Below, in pieces: positions 52,851 through 64,000 of a stretch of DNA of 64,000 bases (its first letter is position 1; the number at the start of each line of letters is the position of its first letter). A model generated the notes under the pieces. It did no database searches. It was not told where the DNA came from and saw only the letters and a list, made by a program, of their open reading frames with translations. Source of the DNA: Basidiobolus meristosporus CBS 931.73 (lineage: Eukaryota; Fungi; Basidiobolomycota); the NCBI GenBank assembly GCA_002104905.1, contig MCFE01000312.1, positions 33,429 through 97,428 of the forward strand. Reading direction: 5' to 3'. The translations under genes and the position numbers were made by a program.

Positions 52851-55800
52851 TGCTGTGAGAGTCTAAGAGATATTGGAAGTGATTGGGAGCACAAGTGGAC
52901 TTGGTAGCTCTTGCTTAATGGTATATTCAATGTAGCAGTAGTATTCTTGCTTTACATGGTTTTGGCATTACAAGCATGTAGAATATAATTAGGAAGAGCT
53001 CAACAGCATATTTGCATGGAGTGGAGCTCTTTGACAACATTGATAGCTTTTATGGTTGGGGTACCTGATGTTCTGGTGAAAATATTCCATGTAAATCCTG
53101 ACATGGAATTTAATCAGGTTTCAGTGTAGTCCATTCCTTTTGACTTAGAGTACCCTTTATCCATAAGACCTGCTTTTTATCCTTCAATCATGCCTTTTGC
53201 CTTCCACTTTGTCTCAAAGACCCATTTGTATCCAATGGACTTTTACTTGGATGGTGACTTGACCAGGTCCCATGTTTGATATCCATCAGGACCTGATACT
53301 CCTCAGTTGCTGCAGCTCTGCAAAATCTTGTCAGAGAGCTATTTAGGACCTCTTCTACAATCAGGGCTCATCTATATAGACAAAATAGGTGTGGGCTAAA
53401 TGTGCACACTTGTTCATATAGTATCTTGGGGTATTTCTGAGCCTGTTGGATCTCCAGCCTTGTGTTGCTGTAGTGCTCACCTCTGGGATATTCCTGGGCA
53501 CTAACCTGTACGGAACTGTAGCCGTAGAGTCCTCTGGAATGAGAAGGCTTTCATTGTTTTGCTCTGGGTCAGTCCTGACTTTTGGCAGACTTGAGATCAG
53601 ATTTTGCTCATCATCTAATGTCATTTTTTGTTCAAGTTTTGAGTTTTCACAAAGCAACTCATACCTAGACTTGAACAGCTTCTCTACTTTGGCATTGTAG
53701 AGTTGGTGAGCTTTACTCTCATAGCAGCTGCCCAAAATAACATTTCACCCTTTTTTGGCTTAAATTTTATCTAATTTCCAGGCAGATTCCTGGCATATGC
53801 TTTGCACTCCAATATTCTTGGATGCTCTGCACTTAGTGCATACTGATACCATGCCTCAAGTGCAGTAGAATCACTATGCATTCAATTATAAGTCCAACCT
53901 TGAAGGTACATGACTGTGGCAATTGGTTACTCTCAAAACTCATAGGATAATTTTTCATTATGGATCATGAGCCCTGCCATATCAATAAGTGATTTGTTTT
54001 CAGATTCTACCACTCCATTTTGTCATGGGGGGTATGGTACAGTAGGCTCTTGCTTTGTCTCATGAGCCTTGCAGAAGTGGATGAATAGTTTTGAGGTATA
54101 TTTCCACCATTACTGCACATATTTTCTTGGTTTTTCACTGGTTATTTGTTTCACCATGACTATAAGCTCCCTGCACTTACACAGGGCTTCTTTCTTGCTT
54201 TTCATGAAGTATACCCATGTATATGTTGCATAATCATCCTACCTTTGAACAGAGTTTGTATATGTCCACTAAGATTTGAGTAAATTAGATCTGCTTAAAG
54301 CTTAATTTTAACTGACCCAAAGCTCTTGAGCAGCTGCCTGGCTTGTTTCTCATATGTGTACAATTCAAAGAACTTCAAATTAGCTTGGGTATAGGTCCTT
54401 ACTCTGGAAATTACCCAATCTTTGATCATTTTGCCTTGCTTACAAATAGTAGGTCCATTACCATTGCTGGTACTTATGTACTTCTGTAAATGCAAGTGTG
54501 AGGCTTTCTTCACTGCCCTGAGGCTTACTTTGATAGTACCTTCTCCAACTGCATCAGTTGTACTTTACACTATGAAGAACTATTGTAATGATTCCATCAA
54601 AAGGTCATCACCAGGGCAAAGTCCTGTGACTAAGAGGTACTGATCCCATCAGGACACTGTTCAGAGACCATTGAAAAATAACGGCACCCCAGATTTCACA
54701 AAAAACCTAGTCAAAGGTTTTCATCACAACTATGCATAAGTGGGTTTTGATTGGCCTCCTGCCAATTTGCTCACTTTCTGATACCAAACACTTTCTCACC
54801 TCTTACATTTGTGTACACTCATTGGCTATTGCCCGTTTTTTGCACTTCTTATCTCCTGACTCAACTGTTTCTCTTACTTTTTATGCCTACATATTGATTT
54901 ATTTCCATTAGAACTTCAACTGTACCTCAATTGCCAATTGTATTGACCTTTACAAGCAATATTCAAGTGTGTTTTCTTGAGCACTACTCTTGAAGAAGTG
55001 CTGCAACCTCTTGGTATGCCTATTAATGTTCCTAAAGTCCACAGAAGGCACTGTGCTAGTCTTTTGAGCTCTTGACATTGTAGCCTTGTCTGTTGGTGGG
55101 ATCTCCACTCTGTCAACAATGGAGGATGTTGAGGCAATGGTAGAGAAATTGCCTTTTTCTGCAAGCTCATCTACCTTGCTGGAGTGTAGCTCAACAGGCT
55201 GCGCTTCCAACTCTTGTGAAAACAGCTGTTTTCTTGTTGGTAACTCTTCTTGGCTATAATGGGACTCAGTCTGTTCCAGGCTTGTGGCATTAATTGGCAA
55301 GAACTGCAGTTTTTTTGCATGCCTCCCTGTCTCAGGCTTTGGTAGACATTTTTCTCTTTACCTTTTCCTTTATCACTGCCAGGTCTCTCACTCCTATTTT
55401 GTCCAAGGGCTTCGTGTAATAAACTACATTTTCTCCATGATATAATCTGCTCTGAGGCATCTGTTTTGTCCTGCTTGTCTCTTGCAGGCACTCTCCTGGC
55501 AGCCTGATGTTTCTTTTCTGCTTGTTTTGAGCTCTCAACTGTAGTTATTGCTGTTGAATGTGTGAGATCCAGGTGACTCACTCCATAACTCACACACATT
55601 ATTATTACCCAAACACCAGCACTAACAACATCATCTTCCTGCAGATAGAACATTCAGAAGTAAGCCTGCAATTGCAGCAAAGCTGGCAGGCTATAAGCCA
55701 TTGGCTAGAACATGGATTCAATTGGAAACCAGAGATACTTAAGATTGAGGGTATCTGTTAGAGCAAAAGCTTACCATTGGGAGCAATGCATTTGCTTTTC

Positions 55801-57693
55801 AACAACATCCCTATACTGATGACCAAGTTGTACATAGGGCATTTCAAGCTAAATGAGCCCATAGAGATACCAGAGAAATTTGAAAGAATTGGCAAGATAT
55901 TAGAGAGTATCTGCTACCCCAAGTACTTCTCACAGGCTCCAATCAATATTCACATGCACAGGTGACAATACAAATGTAAAGACTGGATGAACTGGATATG
56001 TATTTATACAAGTGGCATTCTGAAGCCATTCCTACCAAGAGAACATTGGAAGCACTGGGAGTCATATGTGAGCATTTTAGTAATATTTTTCTGGAAGTGG
56101 ATATCCAATGCCAACTTGATGCATCTATAGCTGTTGTGTAAGGAGTTTGTGACAGGATTTGAGTGGCTATATTACAAACGGAAAGCTGAACATGTAGATC
56201 TCTGCCACTACTGTATCCATTCCCTACACCATCTTGCATGGTCTGTGGAGAAATTTGGGCCTTGATTCTCCTTTTGGGAGTTTCCCATGGAGCAGATGTG
56301 TGGGGAGACAGGAAGATGAGTCAAGTTGCAGATACTACCATATCCCAATCTCATCAATAATATTTCCTTCAAGTCTATAATGGATGTGATGAGCTGGCAC
56401 ATGGAGGACAGCCAGGAAGAGTTGGAAAATACTGAGGACAGATGTGCCCAAGGAGACACCTATGCCTATGGCATTAAGAAGCTAAGCAGCCCCAATACAT
56501 GGGTAATCAGTTAAGTAATGCAAAGTTGCGTTGGGTACAATAAGCAACTAATATCTATTATTAAAACTCTACCAAGGTATGCCAGATTTCTTTTGGTCAC
56601 AAGCCAACTTCTACACCATTCAGTATGGAATTCACACAAACAAGTGCCAGAGTGAATCCATAAGGGGGACTAGAATCCAGCAGGGAGAAGGAATATATTG
56701 GCTAAATACCTAGAAGTTCTTTGCAGCTATTCACAAGGTATTCATGGCAGAAGTGGCAACAACCAAGCATATGTTTGCAAGATGTATATGTTACCAGCAG
56801 TACAAGGTAAATGGCAACTTTGCAAGTATCACACTAAAAAACCATAAAGTTGAGGTGATGGAAGTATGTCAATTGCAGCAGGTGTGCATATTTGTAGAGG
56901 TTAGTAAGCAGGAGGCCATAGTTTTTCTTGATTCAAACTATATGTGGAATACCCAATGTGACATTGGGTAAGCAACTAAAAAGGGGTTATTCTACAGTGG
57001 AATATATGAATTGCACAAGGGGAGGCAGAAAAAGGAAATACAATTTGGTAAATTGGTATAGTAGCATCATACAGAACTAGCTGTAAGCCACCATACAGCT
57101 GTTATAATGCCATTAAAGTCTTGCTGTAAGGCCATTGAAATACCATCAAGTTTTTGCCATATAAAGTAATTGGATGTCCTGGCAAGTTGGATCCATTTAA
57201 AATAGTTGTAGAGTGCAATAAGACTGCATCAATGCATGCAATTATTGTCACAGCACCAATAAATCTTGTCAAGTTTTATAACTTTATTTGGCAGTAATAT
57301 TAGCAAAACATCATCATGATCTTTTCATAAGATTATTTAGAGGGTCACTAATTCCTAGCTGCTGGTATTATGGCAGTCTCTAAATGGGACCCTGACTGCT
57401 GATCTGGATTTGATCCACCCATGAGACCAAATTATTTTTCATAGGGATAGATTTTCATCCATGAAAACCTTCTAAATTGCAATATCTGGATATGGTGTAA
57501 AAGTTCCTATTGGTGAGTGATGTTCTGAGATGCTCATGTGTCAGTATACCATGTCTCTGAGTTGCTCTTTGTGTGATATTTAGTGTGAATATCAATTATC
57601 CAACTTCATGTATTGCAGCATCTTTGTATTCCGGCTTTTTTTTGCTGGTTATCTCTCTTTTTGAGACACTTGTCCATTTTTGTCCATTGCTTT
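52851..57693 (-). mobile_element. Old decayed Copia-2 copy, split by CACTA-1 and cut on the right by Copia-1
   Basis: Collinear with the 60992+ polyprotein (knuckle/PR 57445-57693; PR-IN-RT 54567-53115). RT is fused at ~53114 to the middle of an LTR (52851-53114). Confidence 0.9.
54568..57446. mobile_element. CACTA-1 internally deleted copy with both TIRs
   Basis: CACTATGAAG ... TTTTCATAGGG; TSD TTA/ATA. ORF2 3' part on minus; transposase C-half on plus (HSLHHLAWSVEKFGP.FSFWEFPMEQMCG..LPYPNL). Confidence 0.9.
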
Positions 57694-60610
57694 TGTTGAA
57701 ATATTGGATCATGTGGTATCATTCAGCAGCTAAAAATTTACTTAACAATTCTAGACTAGTCTTAGTCACTGTAGGACTAATTTACTGCCTTAACTTTGCC
57801 ACTTTCTCCAGATATATGAACTTATGATTATTCCCCTATAGTCAAGATCAAATTAGCACTATTACCAAACATTATATACTAACCCTGAAACTGTTACACA
57901 ATGCTCCTGAATATTGAGAAGCCCTCCCTACTTAGTGTTGCAGCTGTATTACTTCTACAAAGGTATAAATACTGAGCTTCTTCATGAATAAACAACAGTT
58001 CAACTATTATCACTATTTCTTGATAAGTTCCTTATATCCAAATCACTTCTTAAATTGCAACAGGTTATGAGCCCCAATTGCCTTAATCTATTCTAAAGAT
58101 GACTTCTACCAGCAAACATAGCAATACCAACATCTTCCCTGTAAAGGAGAGGTTTGATGGGAAGAACTACAGACTTTGGAGAATCAAGATGCAGATCCAC
58201 CTTGAGGAAAGAAAGCTTTGGAACATAGTGACAGGAAAAGAAGTTGAGCCCAAAGGAACAGCAGAAGATGTGGAGAAGTTTCAAGAGAAGGAGAGAAAGG
58301 CCTTCAATGCCATATGCATCAATGTGCTAGACTCCTTCATTGGACAAATCCATGCCTCAAATACTGCCAAAGCAGCATGGGAATCCTTAGAGAAGACCTT
58401 TAGAGCAAAGTCAGTATCAAGCAAGCTTTATTTGAAACAAAAGTTCTTCAACATGAGGAAGAAGCCAGATGATGACATGCTACAACTCATTACCAGAATG
58501 GAGACACTTGCAGAAGAACTTTACAGTATTAATGCCGGTGTAGATGATGAAGAAAAGATACTCTGTCTACTTTGCAGCCTACCAGACAAGTATGAGCCAC
58601 TCATACTTTCTTTTGAAAGCAGAGAAGACAACTTGACTTTAGACTATGTTAAAGGAAGACTTCTCCATGAAGAACTCAGATGTAATGATCAAGCAGAGAA
58701 AATTGAAGATAATGCTTTATTCAGTTCAGAAAGGCATACAGAAAAGAAGAGAAAGCAACAAAACCAAAGAAAACCTGGCTGCTGTAACTACTGTAAGAAG
58801 CTAGGACACTGGGCAAGAGAATGCAAGAAGAAACAAGCAGACAAAAAACAGAAACTAGAGCAGGCAAACCATATAACTACTGATGAACAGTTATTTGTAA
58901 CTGTACAAGAGAGTGCAAGTAACCGATGTAATGAATGGTATATTGACTTTGGAGCATCACAGCATATTTGTGGTATAAAGGATTGGTTCAGCAACTTAAA
59001 GACTATTCCTGTAAGAAAGGTTTATCTGAGAGTTAACTCTGCATTGGAAGCTACCGCCAGTGGGTCCATACAACTAAATATGAGTGATAACTCAGGGGCA
59101 ACAACAGCAAAACTGACTGACGTACTCTATGTACCTGGAATAGCTAAGAACCTACTCTCAGTCAGTAAAGCAACTACTCAGGGACTGAAATTTGTTTTTA
59201 CTAAGCTGAGCTGCTCAATATTGAGTGAAAATGGACAAAAATTAGCTTTGGGAATCAGAGATCACAATATATACAAGTTACAATGCAAGTTCATTGTACC
59301 TGAGTATGTCAACATTGCTGAAACTGATGAAACCAACTGGGAGGTGTGGCATAGGAGGCTAGGACACATAGGGGAACAGAAAATGAGCCAATTGGTGAAA
59401 AATCAGCTTGTTTTGGGCCTAAAATACTCAATTCTGATCAAATTGAATGTTTGTAAGGGATGTTCATATGGCAAACAAGCTAGGCAATGTTCCAAGAGCT
59501 CAGAAGGCATCAATACCACTGAAATATTGGCTATTGTACACTCAGACATATGTGGCCCCATGAGAACACTGTCCTTTGGAGCCAAGAGATACTTTATGAC
59601 ATTTATTGATGACAAGACTAGATATACATGGGTGTACTTCCTCAAAACAAAGGATGAAGCTTTAGAGACGTTTAAGCACTTCAAGAACATGGCAGAAACA
59701 CAAACTGGGTGTAAATTGAAGGTACTACAAAGTGACAATGGAGGAGAATACTGCTCAAAGGAGTTTGCAAAATACTGCTTGTCTACTGGTATATTTCAAC
59801 AGACCACAGTTCCTCATACTCCACAGCAAAATGGAGTAGCAGAACGTGCAAATAGAACAATAGTAGAGATGGGAAGATCCATGCTACATGATAAGGGAAT
59901 GGAGTACAAGTTTTGGGCTGAATCTGTTGCTACCGCTGTATACATCAAGAACAGATGCCCAACAACAGCACTACGTGATTCTACACCCTTTGAAGCATAT
60001 ACGGGCAAAAAACCAGATCTCCAGCACCTTAGGATCTTTGGCAGTGATGTTTTTTATCACATCCCTGACAAAAAACGCTCAAAGTTGGAACCAAAGAGTA
60101 GGAAAGGGATCTTTCTTGGGTATTGTGAAGATACTAAAAGGTATAGAGTGTATGATGGCAAAATTCAGAAGCTGATCAAGAGCAGGGATGTTGTATTTGA
60201 GGAGGATTCAGATCAGAAAGCCACAGAAATCATTGGCCAGCTGCCTGATGATGCAATCAACACAAATGAAGAAGATACGTACCAATTCCAGCCAGAGATG
60301 GAAGATACTTCTACCAGTTCCAGATCAGAACAGATTATCCCAGTTAGGAGATCTACCAGAATAAGAAATGCCCCTGGATCCTGGTGGCAGACATCCAATG
60401 GTCATGAAGAAGCTTATCTTGCCTTATGTGCCAAACCTCAGAATCTGGAACAGGCAATGCAAGGTCCAGATGCTACTAAGTGGCAACAAGCCATGCAGGA
60501 GGAGTACCAATCACTGATCAAGGCAAAAACGTGGGAACTGGTAGATTTACCAAATGGGAGAAAGCCAATAGGATGTAGATGGGTCTACAAGATCAAGATA
60601 ACCTCAAATG
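57694..60610 (+). mobile_element. Copia-1 element (5' LTR 57694-58062, PBS, gag-pol) interrupted by Copia-2
   Basis: 369-bp TG..CA LTR; PBS GGTTATGAGCCC at 58063; the 3' part presumably lies beyond the window. Confidence 0.95.
58063..58075 (+). promoter_or_regulatory. Primer-binding site, tRNA-iMet half-molecule type
   Basis: GGTTATGAGCCC directly after the LTR, as in Ty5 and Drosophila copia. Confidence 0.85.
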
Positions 60611-60618
60611 TGTTGTAA
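58099..60618 (+). CDS. Copia-1 gag-pol polyprotein, truncated at the RT start by the nested insertion
   Basis: CNYCKKLGHWAREC knuckle; protease motif altered to DFG; GAG-pre-integrase WHRRLGH; integrase HSDICGP/FIDD/SDNGGEY/NGVAER; RT start GCRWVYKIK. The last codons come from the inserted LTR. Confidence 0.95.
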   Translation: MTSTSKHSNTNIFPVKERFDGKNYRLWRIKMQIHLEERKLWNIVTGKEVEPKGTAEDVEKFQEKERKAFNAICINVLDSFIGQIHASNTAKAAWESLEKTFRAKSVSSKLYLKQKFFNMRKKPDDDMLQLITRMETLAEELYSINAGVDDEEKILCLLCSLPDKYEPLILSFESREDNLTLDYVKGRLLHEELRCNDQAEKIEDNALFSSERHTEKKRKQQNQRKPGCCNYCKKLGHWARECKKKQADKKQKLEQANHITTDEQLFVTVQESASNRCNEWYIDFGASQHICGIKDWFSNLKTIPVRKVYLRVNSALEATASGSIQLNMSDNSGATTAKLTDVLYVPGIAKNLLSVSKATTQGLKFVFTKLSCSILSENGQKLALGIRDHNIYKLQCKFIVPEYVNIAETDETNWEVWHRRLGHIGEQKMSQLVKNQLVLGLKYSILIKLNVCKGCSYGKQARQCSKSSEGINTTEILAIVHSDICGPMRTLSFGAKRYFMTFIDDKTRYTWVYFLKTKDEALETFKHFKNMAETQTGCKLKVLQSDNGGEYCSKEFAKYCLSTGIFQQTTVPHTPQQNGVAERANRTIVEMGRSMLHDKGMEYKFWAESVATAVYIKNRCPTTALRDSTPFEAYTGKKPDLQHLRIFGSDVFYHIPDKKRSKLEPKSRKGIFLGYCEDTKRYRVYDGKIQKLIKSRDVVFEEDSDQKATEIIGQLPDDAINTNEEDTYQFQPEMEDTSTSSRSEQIIPVRRSTRIRNAPGSWWQTSNGHEEAYLALCAKPQNLEQAMQGPDATKWQQAMQEEYQSLIKAKTWELVDLPNGRKPIGCRWVYKIKITSNVL

Positions 60619-63600
60619 AAATTCGTATTTTCCACCTAAATATTCACCTAACTTAGTCACTTAGATCATCACCTTCAAATCCTAGAGAATACTGACCAAA
60701 TTCCTTGTCGGGATTTACTTAGAATATTTTCACCAAAATACCAGGTACCCAGAACATGAAAATTCTCAAAGTTGTCCAAACAGCCCCAAACTTTGCACAC
60801 ATGTTCTTGGGACCTTCCTTAACCTATTCTACATGTTTGTAATGCCAAGACCATGTAAAAGTATAAATACTACTTTTACATTCAATAAATCATTAAGTGA
60901 AAACCACATAATCTACTTGTTCTCCCAATCACTTCCAATATCTCCAAGACTCTTACAACAGGTTATGAGCCCCGAGCTGTCACTCTCTGCAATGTCTACT
61001 ACTGCTATTACTGGAATTTTTCCCTCTGCTGAAAAGTTGGATGGATCTAACTACCAAGTGTGGAAGGTGAAGATGAAGATGCTGCTGCAAGAAAGAGGCC
61101 TTTGGGATATTGTCATGGGAGAAGAATGCCCTCCTAAAAACGTGGGAGAGGAAGCCTTAAAGTACCAGAAGAAAGAACAAAGTGCCTTTAACTGCATTTG
61201 CCTTAATGTCAAGGACAAATTGCTAATTCAATGCTCAAGAGCAAAAACGGCAAAGAATGCCTGGAAGGCATTAGTAGACACCTACCAGTCATGTTCAGCT
61301 GCCAAGAAAATGTATCTGAGAAGAAAATTCTTTACTACAAAGATGCTGCCAGGAGAAGAAATGAAAAATCTAATTAACAGAATTACCCTGCTGGTAGATG
61401 AGATGGAATCTGTGGGCGTACCAACTACTGATGAGGATGTGATAGTTACCATCCTGAATAGCCTGACAGACGAGTTTCAGGGCCTTGTATCAGCCCTAGA
61501 GTCCAGAACTGAAGATTTGACCTTAAATTACGTATATGGAAGGCTCCTGGATGAAGAATTAAGAAAATCAAGCGCCAATAAGAAGGAAGAAGAAAATGCT
61601 TTAATAAGCAATGATAACCAACAAAGGAGGTACCCAAGACCCTACAAAGGCAACAGCAACCTATTTTGCAACTACTGCAAAAGGAAAGGACACACATCAG
61701 ACCGGTGTTTCAAAAAGAGAGATTATCAGCAAAAGAAGCCTGAATATGGAAATGCTGCAACAACCGAAGATAGACTATTCATATCTGCACTAAATATGAC
61801 CACAAACAAGGATTCTCAGACGTGGTATATTGACTCTGGAGCTTCTCAACACTTTACACACCAAAAAGAACTTTTTACCCAATATCAAGAAATTCCAATT
61901 AAGAAGGTTTTCATGGGTGACGATAGAACACTTGATGCAGTGGGAGAAGGAACTATCCAAGTAAACCTTAGAAGCAGTGAAGGAAGCCATACACTGACCT
62001 TTAAAGAAGTACTCTATGTACCAGAAATAGCCAAGAACCTACTCTCTGTAAGCAAGGCCACAGCAGAAGGACTCAGTTTCAGTTTTGACAATTCTGGATG
62101 CAGGATCACTGATCAAAATGGTGCTCATATTGCTTCGGGCATCAGAGATCAGAACCTATACAAGTTGACTTATATTCCATCATATCTGGAAGCCAATATA
62201 AGTAACTTAAATGAAGAAACACCAATGCTTTGGCACAGGAGATTTGGACACATCAATTTTGATTATTTGCGTAAAATGATCAAAGATCAGCTAATTTCTG
62301 GAGTGAAAATTGATCCCCCAGCTAATTTGGAGCACTGTGAAGCCTGCATATATGGGAAACAAGCCAGACAACCGTTCAAGAGCTCTGGGTTAATCAAAAC
62401 TAAGAAAAAATTAGATCTAATTCACTCAGATCTGTGTGGACCTATGCAAAATTTATCCTTAGGCGGGATGAAGTATTTAATCACTTTTATTGATGATTAT
62501 ACAAGATACACATGGGTCTACTTCATGGAGAGAAAGGAAGAAGCTCTGTCTAAGCTCAGGGAGTTTAAAGCCATGGTGGAGAGAGAAACTGGTGAAAAAA
62601 TCAAGAAAATACGCTCTGACAATGGTGGAGAATATACCTCAAAACTCTTCATCCACTTCTGCAAAATTCATGGGATAAAGCAAGAGACTACTGTACCATA
62701 CTCCCCACAGCAAAATGGAGTAGCAGAACGAGCTAACAGATCAATAATTGATATGGCAAGATCTATGATCCATGATCAAAAATTATCCTATGATTTTTGG
62801 GCGGAATCAGTTGCCACTGCTGTATATCTTAAAAATAGGAGTTATAACAGAATACTTCGTGATTCTACTCCATTTGAAGCATGGTATGGACACAGACCAA
62901 GTGCAGAACATCTAAGAATATTTGGGTGTACAGCATATGCCAAAAAACTGGCCGGAAATCAGTCAAAATTTGAGCCAAAAAGTGTAAAATGCATATTTTT
63001 GGGCTACTGCAATGAGAGTAAGGCATACAGACTCTACAATACCGAAGCAAAGAAGCTGATCAAGTCCAGGGATGTGTTGTTTGATGAAAATTCAAAATTT
63101 TCACAAAAAATGACATCAGATGATGACGAAAATTTGATCTCAAGTCCACCAATTGTCAGGATTGAATCAGAGCAAAACAATGAAAATTTTTTCACTCCAG
63201 AGGACTCTACAACCGTGGTTCAGCCAGAATCAGTGCCCAGGAATATCCCAGAAGTGATCATTCCAGTATCAAATGCCCGGAGATCAAATCGGACAAGAAA
63301 TAGCCCAAATTACTATATTAATGAGGGTACAAACTTAGCCTATGCCTATTCAGTCCATATTGATGAACCCCAGACTGTAAAAGAGGCCCTAAATAGCCCT
63401 CAGACAAAGTTTTGGAGATCTGCAATGACTGAGGAATATCAGGCCCTGATGGAAAATCAAACTTGGGACTTAGTCAAATTACCAATCAACCGAAAATCAA
63501 TTGGATGCAGATGGGTCTTCAAGACAAAGTACAAGGCTGATGGTACAATTGAAAGATACAAAGCAAGACTTGTAGCCAAAGGATACTCTCAAACAAAAGG

Positions 63601-64000
63601 ACTTGACTATACTGAGACCTTTGCACCGGTAGCCAAGTTTAATTCCATCAGATTAATATTGGCTATTGCAGCCAAATATAAGTTTTTTATTCATCAAATG
63701 GATGTAAAAACTGCATTTTTGAATGGAGAACTTGATGAGGACGTGTATATGGACCAGCCTGATGGGTTTGTTGACCAAGATAACCCCCATTTGGTCTGCA
63801 AGCTTAAAAAGTCACTATATGGTCTCAAACAATCACCGAGAGCCTGGAATTGCAAGATAGATTCTTATTTGGAATCTTTGAGTTTCAAAAGGAGTAATGC
63901 TGACTATAGTATATACTATAAGCCAGATAGAGCAAATCCAGTTCTATTAGCTCTATATGTGGATGATCTTATTATAGCCGCCAATAACCTAGAAACATTG
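60611..64000 (+). mobile_element. Young Copia-2 element (5' LTR 60611-60960, PBS 60961-60972), runs off the window
   Basis: 350-bp TG..CA LTR, GGTTATGAGCCC PBS, uninterrupted polyprotein. Left flank AAATG is the predicted TSD. Confidence 0.97.
60992..64000 (+). CDS. Copia-2 gag-pol polyprotein, open for at least 1003 codons (3' partial)
   Basis: Translated by hand with no stop: CNYCKRKGHTSDRC, WYIDSGASQH, WHRRFGH, HSDLCGP/FIDD/SDNGGEY, YKARLVAKG, QMDVKTAFL, YGLKQSPRAW, LYVDD. Absent from the ORF track because it has no stop in the window. Confidence 0.97.
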   Translation, partial: MSTTAITGIFPSAEKLDGSNYQVWKVKMKMLLQERGLWDIVMGEECPPKNVGEEALKYQKKEQSAFNCICLNVKDKLLIQCSRAKTAKNAWKALVDTYQSCSAAKKMYLRRKFFTTKMLPGEEMKNLINRITLLVDEMESVGVPTTDEDVIVTILNSLTDEFQGLVSALESRTEDLTLNYVYGRLLDEELRKSSANKKEEENALISNDNQQRRYPRPYKGNSNLFCNYCKRKGHTSDRCFKKRDYQQKKPEYGNAATTEDRLFISALNMTTNKDSQTWYIDSGASQHFTHQKELFTQYQEIPIKKVFMGDDRTLDAVGEGTIQVNLRSSEGSHTLTFKEVLYVPEIAKNLLSVSKATAEGLSFSFDNSGCRITDQNGAHIASGIRDQNLYKLTYIPSYLEANISNLNEETPMLWHRRFGHINFDYLRKMIKDQLISGVKIDPPANLEHCEACIYGKQARQPFKSSGLIKTKKKLDLIHSDLCGPMQNLSLGGMKYLITFIDDYTRYTWVYFMERKEEALSKLREFKAMVERETGEKIKKIRSDNGGEYTSKLFIHFCKIHGIKQETTVPYSPQQNGVAERANRSIIDMARSMIHDQKLSYDFWAESVATAVYLKNRSYNRILRDSTPFEAWYGHRPSAEHLRIFGCTAYAKKLAGNQSKFEPKSVKCIFLGYCNESKAYRLYNTEAKKLIKSRDVLFDENSKFSQKMTSDDDENLISSPPIVRIESEQNNENFFTPEDSTTVVQPESVPRNIPEVIIPVSNARRSNRTRNSPNYYINEGTNLAYAYSVHIDEPQTVKEALNSPQTKFWRSAMTEEYQALMENQTWDLVKLPINRKSIGCRWVFKTKYKADGTIERYKARLVAKGYSQTKGLDYTETFAPVAKFNSIRLILAIAAKYKFFIHQMDVKTAFLNGELDEDVYMDQPDGFVDQDNPHLVCKLKKSLYGLKQSPRAWNCKIDSYLESLSFKRSNADYSIYYKPDRANPVLLALYVDDLIIAANNLETL

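Noticed and set aside
16000-57700. The many 60-200 aa ORFs in the track across the TE block
   Set aside because: They are fragments or antisense shadows of decayed CACTA, Gypsy and Copia sequence, not independent genes.
14900-58000. Classical RIP as the cause of TE decay
   Set aside because: CA/TG remain abundant and CG is the depleted dinucleotide. Two young Copia ORFs are stop-free despite related copies nearby. Not formally computed.

Overview
Fungal genomic DNA. Short GT-AG introns, Copia/Gypsy/CACTA elements and a CBM5/12-bearing AA11 suggest an early-diverging fungus; the lineage is an inference only. The window has two regimes. (1) About 1-14.9 kb has normal CpG content. It holds a few apparently intact small genes: a 3-exon CSN9/COPS9-like micro-gene, a Pho85-type cyclin, and a 2-exon 73-aa TM/PY-motif protein. 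It also holds decayed genes (alpha-arrestin-like, AA11 LPMO-CBM5/12, a bacterial-type imine reductase) and a pile of Copia LTRs at 7.4-10 kb. (2) About 14.9-64 kb is an almost CpG-free nest of transposons. It has at least five copies of a CACTA element with head-to-head transposase and ORF2 genes, a full-length decayed chromoviral Gypsy, and three unnamed TG..CA repeat families (here X, W, Z). Two Copia families end the window, with a young, still-open Copia inserted into another Copia. Most junctions were resolved by eye from target-site duplications (TSDs). The strongest unexplained signals are that every scorable LTR-X insertion site is a 4-bp TSD centred on CpG or its deamination products, and that two otherwise diverged inverted LTR-X copies share a 528-bp near-identical tract. 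No rRNA, tRNA or CRISPR array was found. Family names X/W/Z, Copia-1/2 and CACTA-1 are my working labels.
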